From Verrucomicrobiaceae bacterium (GTDB lineage Bacteria; Verrucomicrobiota; Verrucomicrobiia; Verrucomicrobiales; Akkermansiaceae): a stretch of 64,000 bases of DNA. The position numbers and the translations under genes are program-made. Every line of letters begins with the position of its first letter. Position 1 is the first letter of the stretch. The notes beneath the pieces are model-generated. The model did not search any database. It saw only the letters and a program-made list of their open reading frames with translations, and was not told the DNA's origin. Below, one piece after another: positions 38,801 to 46,263 of this stretch. The stretch spans positions 64,001 through 128,000 of the forward strand of contig JBPOGH010000006.1 of the NCBI GenBank assembly GCA_051252135.1, given 5' to 3'.

Positions 38801-40494
38801 CGGTGCGGGCGCTGGGGTTGGTGTCGAAGACGCCATGGGCGGGCTTGAAAGGATTTGTGTTGAAGCGGGCGTCAGGGCTTCCGGAGGGACGGGTGGCGAT
38901 GATGACGGCTCTCGAGAGGGCGGGGTCGGCTGGAGAATTTGAGAGGTTGGGAAGGGAATTGTTGCGGACTTTGGAGAGCGGGGGTGCGGTGGAGATGCCT
39001 GACAATTGGGCGGCGATGAAAGCGCGGGGGGAGGGATTTGCTGCCCGGAACGCGGCGCTCTTTGATCTCGTGGCGCGGCTTGGGGTGCGCTTTGGTGATG
39101 AGGCATTTTTTCCAAAGTGGCGGCAGGTGGTGGTCGATGGGGAGCAAGCGATGGCGAAGCGGGAGGAGGCGATGGAGTTGCTTTTGGCAGGCAAGGATGC
39201 GGGGTTGAAAGAGCTGGCGTTGGAGGTGCTGGGTGAGCGGGGCTTGCAGAAGGTGGCTCTGCGGGCGCTGCGGGATTTTCCAGGTGCGGATACGGCGGCG
39301 GCGATTGTTGAGGCGCTTCCGAAATTTGCGCTGCCCGAGCGGAACGATGCGATCAACCTGTTGGCAACACGGCCGGAAATGGCGTTGGCGTTGCTGAAGG
39401 CGGTGGATTCGGGTGGGCTTTCGGCTTCGTTGATCTCGCCGGTGATGTTGGATCAATTCGGGAGATTTCATAACGAGCAGATCGATGCGTTGGTGGAAAA
39501 GAATTGGGCGCGGGCCGGGGCAGAGGTGGATCTGGCGAAGTTGGGTGAGAGCATCAAGGAATGGGAGGGGAAATTGAGTGGGCCGATGAAGAAGGCGAAT
39601 GCTTCGCGAGGGCGGCAGGTATACACCGTGACGTGCGGGAGTTGTCATCAGCTCTTTGGGGAAGGGATTGCGTTGGGGCCGGATTTGACGGGGTCGAATC
39701 GGACCAATCTGCATTATGTTTTGGAGAACGTGCTCGCGCCGAGTGCGGTGGTGGGACGGGATTATTTGCTCCATGTTTTTAAGATGAAGGATGGCTCGAC
39801 GGTGAGTGGGATGATCCGGAAGGAGACGGAAGTGGTGATTAGGTTGGCGATGCCGGGGGGCTCGGTGGTGGAGGTTGAAGTTGGCAAGATTGAGAGCCGG
39901 ATGGAATATCCGCAGTCGCTGATGCCTTCGGGGTTGTTTGAGGCGTTGCCCTTGCAGGAGGTGGCCGACCTGGTGGCTTATCTTGCGAGTCCGGCGCAGG
40001 TGGCATTGCCGGGAGAGAAGCGGGAGGTGGTGCAGAGCGCGGTGGGGCCGCCGGCGAAAGGAGTGATTCGGGTGGAGGTCGAGCAGTTGGTGGGCTCGGC
40101 GCATGCCGGAGGGGGGCTGGTGAGAGATCAGGGGATGGCGGGATTTGGGCCTGGGTGGTCGGGGAACAACCAGCTTTGGTGGACGGGCGGGAAGCCGGGA
40201 GATGTGCTGACGCTGAAGGTGGAAGCGCTGAAGCCGGGGACGAAGAATGTGACCTTGTTTCCGACGACGGCGGTGGATTACGCGCGGGTAAAGATCGCGA
40301 TTAACGGGCAGCTTCAGGAAGCGGATTGGTTTTCAAAGAAGGTGCTGCCGGGCGAGCCGGTGCGCTTTGAAAAAGTGAATGTTAGTCCGGGAGAGCCGAT
40401 GCAGATCGACATTCACATCACAGGGAAAAACCCGGAAGCAGTCCCAGGATATATGGTGGGGCTGGACCGGATTGAGGTGGAGATGGTGGAGTGA
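35857..40494 (+). CDS. FG-GAP repeat plus PVC-type heme-binding (CxxCH) membrane-bound-dehydrogenase-like protein
   Basis: N-terminal D(V/F)DGDG repeats; VPEGFEVDLIASEP, WGPDGWLY, NPWG propeller; HEAT-like region; CGSCH heme motif with GPDLTG; C-terminal beta-sandwich. Confidence 0.88.
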   Translation: MNRFICAAFFGTTIGVASSAEAWVSRELVGEFYAEGAGVGDVDGDGAVDLVYGPWWLKGPGFGEKRRYTKGEPFVGERGYSDHFFSFVRDFDGDGRSDLLVFGFPGKEARLYVNPGGESEEWPMFVVATEVANEAPYFADLIAGGHEEIVCARSGEYGFYKAGEDVTKPWAWHAVSGKGEAATPFGHGLGVGDVNGDGRLDVVEKMSWYEQPVDGGAWTRHAWEIVPYGGGGAQILVHDFDGDGDGDVVSSFNAHGHGLGWFEQLEGGRFERHHLMGKSSTEGAYGVAFSQLHALEKADVDGDGRMDFVTGKRYLAHQGKDVGGLEAPVLYWFRNTVGADGELEFVPHLIDDDSGVGVGLPVADLNGDGTLDVVTANKKGLIVHLQQAGARHEGLEKWKVAGGRSQKDYGSGLSAEEALKRMEVPEGFEVDLIASEPEVRQPIAMCFDVRGRIWVVEGHTYPVRAPEGEGKDRILILEDADGDGTFESRKVFAEGLNLVSGIEVGFGGVYVGAAPYFLFIADRDGDDVPDGEPEVLLDGWGYEDTHETLNAFTWGPDGWLYGCHGVFTHSKVGKPGTPEGEREPINAGVWRFHPETQEFEVYAHGTSNPWGVDFNEYGDWFVSACVIPHFFHLSQGGRYRRQAGQHFDAHTYDDIKTIADHAHFAGNIRDHAFWGVNKDNAPAAPSDTSALGGGHAHCGLVLYQGEEFPERYRGQAFFHNLHGHRMVREELERDGSGFVARHRPDFLLTNNHDFIGVGLMQGPDGALYFSDWVDPQTCHHRDVKIWDRSNGRIFRVRYGDVQKDVPDLGTLGDGALVAMLGSGNAVRARMAQRLLQERAVAGTFEVELVRAGLDDFEKRHRDSVPMRLRGLWAKHVCGVLSEEELLVNLDDGEEVIRGWSVQLLGEGKGALAAPIHEKLVRMAKDDYSLVVRRYLASLLQRLPLEQRWEIAEGLIGHHRSEADRNIPLLSWYGIEPLVVADPVRALGLVSKTPWAGLKGFVLKRASGLPEGRVAMMTALERAGSAGEFERLGRELLRTLESGGAVEMPDNWAAMKARGEGFAARNAALFDLVARLGVRFGDEAFFPKWRQVVVDGEQAMAKREEAMELLLAGKDAGLKELALEVLGERGLQKVALRALRDFPGADTAAAIVEALPKFALPERNDAINLLATRPEMALALLKAVDSGGLSASLISPVMLDQFGRFHNEQIDALVEKNWARAGAEVDLAKLGESIKEWEGKLSGPMKKANASRGRQVYTVTCGSCHQLFGEGIALGPDLTGSNRTNLHYVLENVLAPSAVVGRDYLLHVFKMKDGSTVSGMIRKETEVVIRLAMPGGSVVEVEVGKIESRMEYPQSLMPSGLFEALPLQEVADLVAYLASPAQVALPGEKREVVQSAVGPPAKGVIRVEVEQLVGSAHAGGGLVRDQGMAGFGPGWSGNNQLWWTGGKPGDVLTLKVEALKPGTKNVTLFPTTAVDYARVKIAINGQLQEADWFSKKVLPGEPVRFEKVNVSPGEPMQIDIHITGKNPEAVPGYMVGLDRIEVEMVE

Positions 40495-40495
40495 T

Positions 40496-42394
40496 TTACT
40501 CGACCTTGTCCGAGGTGGCTTCGAGGTCGTTGACGGCTTTGTTGGTGACGCGGACGATGTATTTATTGGGCTGATTTTTGAGGGCTTTTTTCAATGCCGG
40601 GAGTGCGGGGCGGGCTTGCTCGTCGGCTTCATCAAGGGCGATGGCGGCGTGGAGGCGGGACCATTGCTCGGGGGACTCGAGGGATTTGGAGAGTTCGGCG
40701 AGGGCGGCCTTTTCTTCAGCTTTCATGCGGAGGAGGGCGCGGGCGGTGGCGATGCGGACGACGGTGGAGGTTTCCTTTTCGAGGAGGGCGAGGCAGGCGA
40801 TGACGGACTCTTCGCTCCGGATGCCGACGTTTCCGATCCCGGTGGCGGCCCAGTAGCGGACGGAGGAGTCCTTGTCATTGAGTCCGGCAAGGAGTTTAGG
40901 GAGGGCCTGAGGGCCGGAGGAGGCGAGGTTGGCCATGCTGCCAAGGCGTTCGGGGAGGGTGGTGTCTTTTGTCTCGGCGAGGATGCCGTAACGGGAGCCG
41001 AATTGTTTCTCGCGGATTTCCATTTCGGGTTCGGGGATGAGGCCGAGGTCGCGGGTGTCCTTGATCCAAGCGGTGTGGGCTTTACGGAAGCGGGTGAGGT
41101 TTTCCTTTTGGGCGGGATCGTTGACGAGGTTGTTGATCTCGTGCGGGTCGTTTTGGAGGTCGTAAAATTCTTCGACAGGTTTGCGGTCGGCCATGAAGAG
41201 CTTCATGGCGGGGGGCATTTGATCGGTTTGAGCGATGCGGCGGAGTTCCTTCATGGTGGCTCCTTTTTCAGGAGTGTTCATGTATTGGAAGTAAGGTTTG
41301 AGGGGCTCGTAGTTGCGGATGTAGCGGTATCGCTTATCGCGGACGGAGCGGATGATGTCGTAGCGCTCGTCCATGCGGTCGCGGGCGCCGTAGATGTAGT
41401 CGCGCGGAGGCGAGAGGTTTTCGCCAAGGAAGGCGCGGCCTTGGGTGATCTTAGGCGCGGGGAGTCCGGCGAGGTTGAGGGTGGTGATGCCGAAGTCGAG
41501 CGAGCTGACGAGTTGGTCATCGACGGTGCCGGGTTGGGCTTGCCCCGACGTACGAAATTTCTCGGGGATGCGGACGATGAGGGGGACGCGGGTGCCGGAG
41601 TCGTAGAGCCAGCGCTTGGCGCGAGGGAGGCCGACGCCGTGGTCCGACCAGTAAACGATGATGGTGTCTTCGTAGAGGCCGGCGTCTTTGAGCTGCTGGA
41701 TGTGATCGCCCACCCAGGCGTCCATGGCGGTGATGAGCTCGTAGTTCCGCTTCCAGTCTTCGCGGACGGTGGGAGTGTCGGGGTAGTAGGGTGGGAGGTT
41801 GGTGAACCTGGCCGGGTCCTGGCGTTCGCCGGGGGAGAGGTTTTTGGTGACGGATTTGTATTTGGAGTCTCCGGCGATGCCGCTTTCGTGACAGCCGGTG
41901 AAGTTGTAGACGGCGAAGAAGGGTTTGTTTTTGTCCTTATTGTTTTTCCAGTGGGCTTTGCCGTTGCTGGCGTCCCAGGTGTTTTCCGATTCCTTGAACT
42001 GGTAGTCTTTTTTGGAGTTGTTGGTGCAGTAGTAGCCGGCGTCGCGCAGGTAGTTGGGGAAGGCCTTGATGGATTCGGGCATGGTGGCGCTGCTGCGCAT
42101 GTGCATGGTGCCGATGGTGGTCTGATACATGCCGGTGATGATGGTGGAGCGGCAAGGGGCGCAGACTCCGGCGGCGGTGTAGGCGTTGGTGTAGCGGACG
42201 CCCTCGGTCGCGAGTTGATCGAGGTGGGGCGTGATGGCGTGGGGGTCGCCGTAGCAGCCGAAGTGGTCGTTGATGTCCTCGGCCGAGAGCCAGAGGATGT
42301 TGGGACGCGAAGAATTTGCGCTCCCAGCGTCGTCCGTAGGCGTCGCTTGGGCGGAAAGGGTGGCGAGGGCGAGAGAGAGGAGGAACTTTTTCAT
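40496..42394 (-). CDS. Sulfatase with C-terminal HEAT repeats
   Basis: PNILWLSAED, CAPCR, WSDHG, RDRMDE; C-terminal VRYWAATG/VRIATARAL repeats; start at MKKFLL, overlapping the upstream stop. Confidence 0.92.
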   Translation of the reverse strand: MKKFLLSLALATLSAQATPTDDAGSANSSRPNILWLSAEDINDHFGCYGDPHAITPHLDQLATEGVRYTNAYTAAGVCAPCRSTIITGMYQTTIGTMHMRSSATMPESIKAFPNYLRDAGYYCTNNSKKDYQFKESENTWDASNGKAHWKNNKDKNKPFFAVYNFTGCHESGIAGDSKYKSVTKNLSPGERQDPARFTNLPPYYPDTPTVREDWKRNYELITAMDAWVGDHIQQLKDAGLYEDTIIVYWSDHGVGLPRAKRWLYDSGTRVPLIVRIPEKFRTSGQAQPGTVDDQLVSSLDFGITTLNLAGLPAPKITQGRAFLGENLSPPRDYIYGARDRMDERYDIIRSVRDKRYRYIRNYEPLKPYFQYMNTPEKGATMKELRRIAQTDQMPPAMKLFMADRKPVEEFYDLQNDPHEINNLVNDPAQKENLTRFRKAHTAWIKDTRDLGLIPEPEMEIREKQFGSRYGILAETKDTTLPERLGSMANLASSGPQALPKLLAGLNDKDSSVRYWAATGIGNVGIRSEESVIACLALLEKETSTVVRIATARALLRMKAEEKAALAELSKSLESPEQWSRLHAAIALDEADEQARPALPALKKALKNQPNKYIVRVTNKAVNDLEATSDKVE

Positions 42395-43857
42395 TTGGCT
42401 GACTTGTTTTTTGGAACCATGCGCTCGATGTAGCTTTGGAACTCGGGGCGTTTTTTCCACTGTTCGATGAAGGGGGCGTAGGCAGGGGAAGTGGTCCAGT
42501 TTCGGGTGAGGATGGGGTCGGGGGAGGTGCCTTCGGGGAAGTCTTTTCCGGCGAGGCTGGCGTCAACGGATTGGTTCCACTCTTCGAGTCGAAGTGAGAG
42601 ACTGCCGCCAACATCGATGTGTGAAGCCGATTGGATCAGGTCGCTGGATTCCGAAGGGTCTTTTGTGAGGTTGTAGAGCTGGTAGTTTTTTACGTTCTTT
42701 TTGTCCTTGAGGAGTTTGAAGTCGTTATCGATGACGGCGAGTCGATCGGTGTGGCGGAAGAAGAGTGGCTTTTTTCGAGGGCCGGTTTCCTTTTCAAAAA
42801 GAGGGAGGAGGCTGAGGCCGTCGATGGGCTTGAGCATGGAGGAATCGGGGAGGTCGAGGATGTCGGCGATGGTGGGGAAGATGTCGACGATGCCTGCGGG
42901 GTGAGATGTGCGGCGGGACTTGGGGATGCCGGCGGGCCATTCGATGACGCAGGGGACGCGGATTCCGCCTTCGTAGATGCTGCCTTTGAAGCCCCGGAGG
43001 TCGGCGACGGAGGTTGGGGTGACGCCTTTTTTTGGCTGGAGGCCTCCGTTATCGCTGTTGAACCAGATGAGGGTGTTTTCGTGGATGTCGAGCTTACGCA
43101 GGCCGGCGCGGAGGGTGCCGATGGAGCGGTCCATGGCGACGAGCTCGCCGTAGTGTTCCTGGGCGGCGGGGGGGAGGTGCTTGAAGGGAGCCTTGTCTTT
43201 TTCGAGGGCGCGGAAGGGCAGGTGGGGGGTGCCGTACCAGATGACGGTGAAGAAGGGTTGTTGCTCCTTCGATTTTTCAGAGATGAATCGGAGGGCTTCG
43301 TCGACGATGATTTCGGAGGAGTCGCCTTCCATGTCCTCGAAGCTGCCGTTTCGGCTCATGAGGGGGTTGAGATCGAAGAAATTGGTGACGGAATACCAGG
43401 TGTCGAATCCGAAGACGCCGGGGTGGTGGGAGTCGGTGGCGAGGATGGGGGCGCCGGGTCCGCTGTAGCCGTTGAGGTGCCATTTTCCGAAGTGGCCGGT
43501 GGCATAGCCGGCTTGCTGGAGGGCGGCGGGGAGGGTTTTTTCCTGACGTCGGAGGGCGTGGCCGTGGTTGAGGACGGTGGTGCGGTCGTTGCTGCGTCCG
43601 GTGAGAACGGAGGCGCGCGCGGGGGAGCAATTGGGCGCGGCGTAGAAGCGGTCGAGGCGGAGGCCGTTGGCGGCCATGGCATCGAGGTTTGGGGTTTTGA
43701 GGACGGGATGGCCGTTGTAGCCGGTTTGGCCCCAGCCCTGGTCATCGGTCATGACGAGGATGATGTTTGGGCGTTCAGATTTTGCGCTTCTGGCTTCGTC
43801 CGCAGGTTCGGCTTGGATGGCGGATGCGCAGAGAAGGGATAGAAGAAAGGGTTTCAT
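42391..43857 (-). CDS. Sulfatase (arylsulfatase-like)
   Basis: PNIILVMTDD, CSPARASVLTG, GKWHL, SDNG, KGSIYEGGIRVP. Confidence 0.93.
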   Translation of the reverse strand: MKPFLLSLLCASAIQAEPADEARSAKSERPNIILVMTDDQGWGQTGYNGHPVLKTPNLDAMAANGLRLDRFYAAPNCSPARASVLTGRSNDRTTVLNHGHALRRQEKTLPAALQQAGYATGHFGKWHLNGYSGPGAPILATDSHHPGVFGFDTWYSVTNFFDLNPLMSRNGSFEDMEGDSSEIIVDEALRFISEKSKEQQPFFTVIWYGTPHLPFRALEKDKAPFKHLPPAAQEHYGELVAMDRSIGTLRAGLRKLDIHENTLIWFNSDNGGLQPKKGVTPTSVADLRGFKGSIYEGGIRVPCVIEWPAGIPKSRRTSHPAGIVDIFPTIADILDLPDSSMLKPIDGLSLLPLFEKETGPRKKPLFFRHTDRLAVIDNDFKLLKDKKNVKNYQLYNLTKDPSESSDLIQSASHIDVGGSLSLRLEEWNQSVDASLAGKDFPEGTSPDPILTRNWTTSPAYAPFIEQWKKRPEFQSYIERMVPKNKSAK

Positions 43858-43864
43858 GGCAGGG

Positions 43865-45514
43865 CTATTTTTCGGTGGTGAAGGAGATGGATTCGAAGTC
43901 CCAGCTTTTACCGCCGAGGTGGGAGATGAGGACGCGGGCGTGGTAGGTGGTGTCGGGTTCGAGATCGCTGAGGTTGAAGGATACGGTGTCGCCGCTGAAG
44001 TTCATAGGAGGAGATTTTTGCTGCCAGACGCGATCGTCTGAGTAGAGCTTGGAACTGAGGCCTTTTTTCTCGGTGCCGTGGAGGTCGCGTTTGACGAAGG
44101 TGAGGCAGTCGGTGGTGCCGAAGTGGAGGGTGGCGGTGGCGTCTTTGAGCGGGGCGATGCGGTAGGAGACCTTGGCGGAGGTTTTTTGCGCGACGGCTTT
44201 TCTTCGTTGGTAGGTGACAGGGAGTGCGAAGAGTTGGGCGGCTTTTTCGGGCTGGAGGTAATCGGGGGTGGGGAAGGTGGTGTTTGTTTTCGCGATTGGG
44301 TTGGGGGTGATGAAGTCGAGGCCTCCGGTTCCGAGGATGAACCAGCCATCGTGATCGATGGTGTTGAGTTTATTGATGACTTCTTTTCGGCTGGTGAAGG
44401 TGCTGGTGTCGGCTTGATGCCACTTTTTGTCATCGCCATAGAACCAACCGCGGCGGCGGATTTTTCGGATGAGGTCGCCGGTGCGTTCGACTTGAGGAGG
44501 GCCGGGGACTTCGCAGAAGGAGGTGGCTTTGAGTTCGGGGATTTTTCCGTTTTTGAGAGGGCGTCGGCCGACGGCGTAGAGCTGCCAATGGTGAGAGCGG
44601 TCGTCGTAGAGGTAGCCGAAGTAAGTTTCGAATTCCTCGTTGACCTCCATGCGGAGGGCTTGAATGACGGACTTGGGGTGGTGGGCGTAGGGTTCCCAGT
44701 TGCGGATTTTGACACCGGAGCCCTCGTGGCCGAAGCCGCTGAAATCGGCATCGGGATTTCCGGTGGCGAGGAGGTGGGGCATCGTTTTTAAGGGTGGGAG
44801 CTTTTCGGCGTTTTGGCTGGCGGCCCACATCGAGAAATTGACGCCTCCGGCGGCTTGGTTATCGGCGGAGAAGGTGGCTCCGAAGTAACCGAAGTTGGTG
44901 GTCATGGGGGAGTAGTGGGATCCTTGGCCGACGCTTTGGGATTCGAAGACCCAGATGGTGGGGTTTTTGGCGGTGCTGGAGTGGTAGCGATTGTGAGCGG
45001 CGGCAGGACGCCAGCGGGCGCGGAGGAGTTTGGTGCCGGGGGAGTTGAAGGTAATTCTGGAGATTGAGGAGGAATCGGGCTCGGACTTGGGGGTGAGGGA
45101 GAGGACTTGTTTTCCTGCGGCGGTTGCCTGAATGCTGATGGTTTTACCGGGAGTGATTCTCGTGGATTGGGTTCCCAGTCGGGCAGTCCATTGGCCCGTT
45201 CCGTCGAGGGAGAGGGTGGTTTCTCCGGGTTTATCGAACCAAATGTGCCAGTAGGCGGAGCCTCCAAGTTTGATTGGGATCAGGGTTTCAAATTGGGAGC
45301 CGATCCATTGTTTTTCGGCCTCCGGGGAGGGAGATGTGCCGGTGGCTTTGAAGTGTCCTTTGTCGAAGAAGCCGTTGAAGGGCGTGAGGGTGAGTTTGCC
45401 GTTGATTGCGGGCTCGCCGTAGTGTTGGACATTTTCCGATCCTGAGAAGAGTTTGGCTTCAGCAGCTGCCCAGGAAGTTGAGAGGGCGAGGATCAGGGGG
45501 GCGTGCTTCCACAT
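43865..45514 (-). CDS. Secreted protein, DUF3472-like core with FN3-like C-terminus
   Basis: Signal peptide; GYFG, NFSMW, FGHEGSG and SFCE motifs; LSDLEPDTTYHARV. Confidence 0.55.
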   Translation of the reverse strand: MWKHAPLILALSTSWAAAEAKLFSGSENVQHYGEPAINGKLTLTPFNGFFDKGHFKATGTSPSPEAEKQWIGSQFETLIPIKLGGSAYWHIWFDKPGETTLSLDGTGQWTARLGTQSTRITPGKTISIQATAAGKQVLSLTPKSEPDSSSISRITFNSPGTKLLRARWRPAAAHNRYHSSTAKNPTIWVFESQSVGQGSHYSPMTTNFGYFGATFSADNQAAGGVNFSMWAASQNAEKLPPLKTMPHLLATGNPDADFSGFGHEGSGVKIRNWEPYAHHPKSVIQALRMEVNEEFETYFGYLYDDRSHHWQLYAVGRRPLKNGKIPELKATSFCEVPGPPQVERTGDLIRKIRRRGWFYGDDKKWHQADTSTFTSRKEVINKLNTIDHDGWFILGTGGLDFITPNPIAKTNTTFPTPDYLQPEKAAQLFALPVTYQRRKAVAQKTSAKVSYRIAPLKDATATLHFGTTDCLTFVKRDLHGTEKKGLSSKLYSDDRVWQQKSPPMNFSGDTVSFNLSDLEPDTTYHARVLISHLGGKSWDFESISFTTEK

Positions 45515-45557
45515 CTCAAAACTGTGGCGAGAATGAGGTGGTGCGGGAAGGCTAGAG

Positions 45558-46196
45558 TCAGGAGCCGATCTCTTCTTTTAGCTGATCGAGGAAGGTGACG
45601 AGAAATTGGGTGCGTTCTTCGGCGAGTTGTTTTCCGGCCCCGGTTTGCATGGTGTCCTTGAGGGTGAGGAGCTTGGCGAAGAAATGGTCGACGCAGAAGT
45701 TGGCGTCGTCGGGGGTGCGGGATTGGCAGAAGGGGTCGGTGGTGTTGTAGAGATCAGAGCCCATGTGGCCGCCGAGCATGAGGCAGCGGGAGAGGCCGGT
45801 GGCTCCGAGGGCATCGATGCGGTCGGCGTCCTGGAGGACTTTGGCTTCGATGGTGCGTGGGGTGATGTTGGCGGAGAAGCTGTGGGCCTCGATGGCGTGG
45901 TGGATGGCGTCGAGGTGAGCGGCGGGGTAGTCGTTTTGGCGGAGGAACTCGACGGCGTGATCGGCCGCGAGGCGGGAGGCTTGTGAGCGCAGGGGGGAGT
46001 CTTTGGCGACGTGGACGCAATCGTGGAGATAGGCGGCGGGGAGGAGGACTTCGAGCGAGAGGTTTTCGGCTTCGGCGAGGCGGCAGGTGTTGAGGACGAC
46101 GCGCTCGATGTGCTGGAGGTCGTGGGCGGGGTCGCCTTCTTCCTGGGTGGAAAGGAAGGTGCGGAAGAGGTCGATCCAGTGGGGTTGGTTGGGCAT
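45558..46196 (-). CDS. HD-domain phosphohydrolase (YedJ-like)
   Basis: AHDLQHIERV, AAYLHD, IEAHSFS, QDADRIDALG, HFFAKLL. Confidence 0.92.
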   Translation of the reverse strand: MPNQPHWIDLFRTFLSTQEEGDPAHDLQHIERVVLNTCRLAEAENLSLEVLLPAAYLHDCVHVAKDSPLRSQASRLAADHAVEFLRQNDYPAAHLDAIHHAIEAHSFSANITPRTIEAKVLQDADRIDALGATGLSRCLMLGGHMGSDLYNTTDPFCQSRTPDDANFCVDHFFAKLLTLKDTMQTGAGKQLAEERTQFLVTFLDQLKEEIGS

Positions 46197-46263
46197 CTAA
46201 ATTGAGATGAATGTGTTTTGAGGACACTTGGGAACCTTGGACCGATTCGAACTTAAACGAAAT

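Noticed and set aside
5884..46196. Sec read-through at other TGA stops (uvrB, deoC, lpxA, oppB, panB-like, DUF2293, GIY-YIG, HD protein)
   Set aside because: No adjacent Cys or redox motif, and these stops fall at the expected family C-termini.
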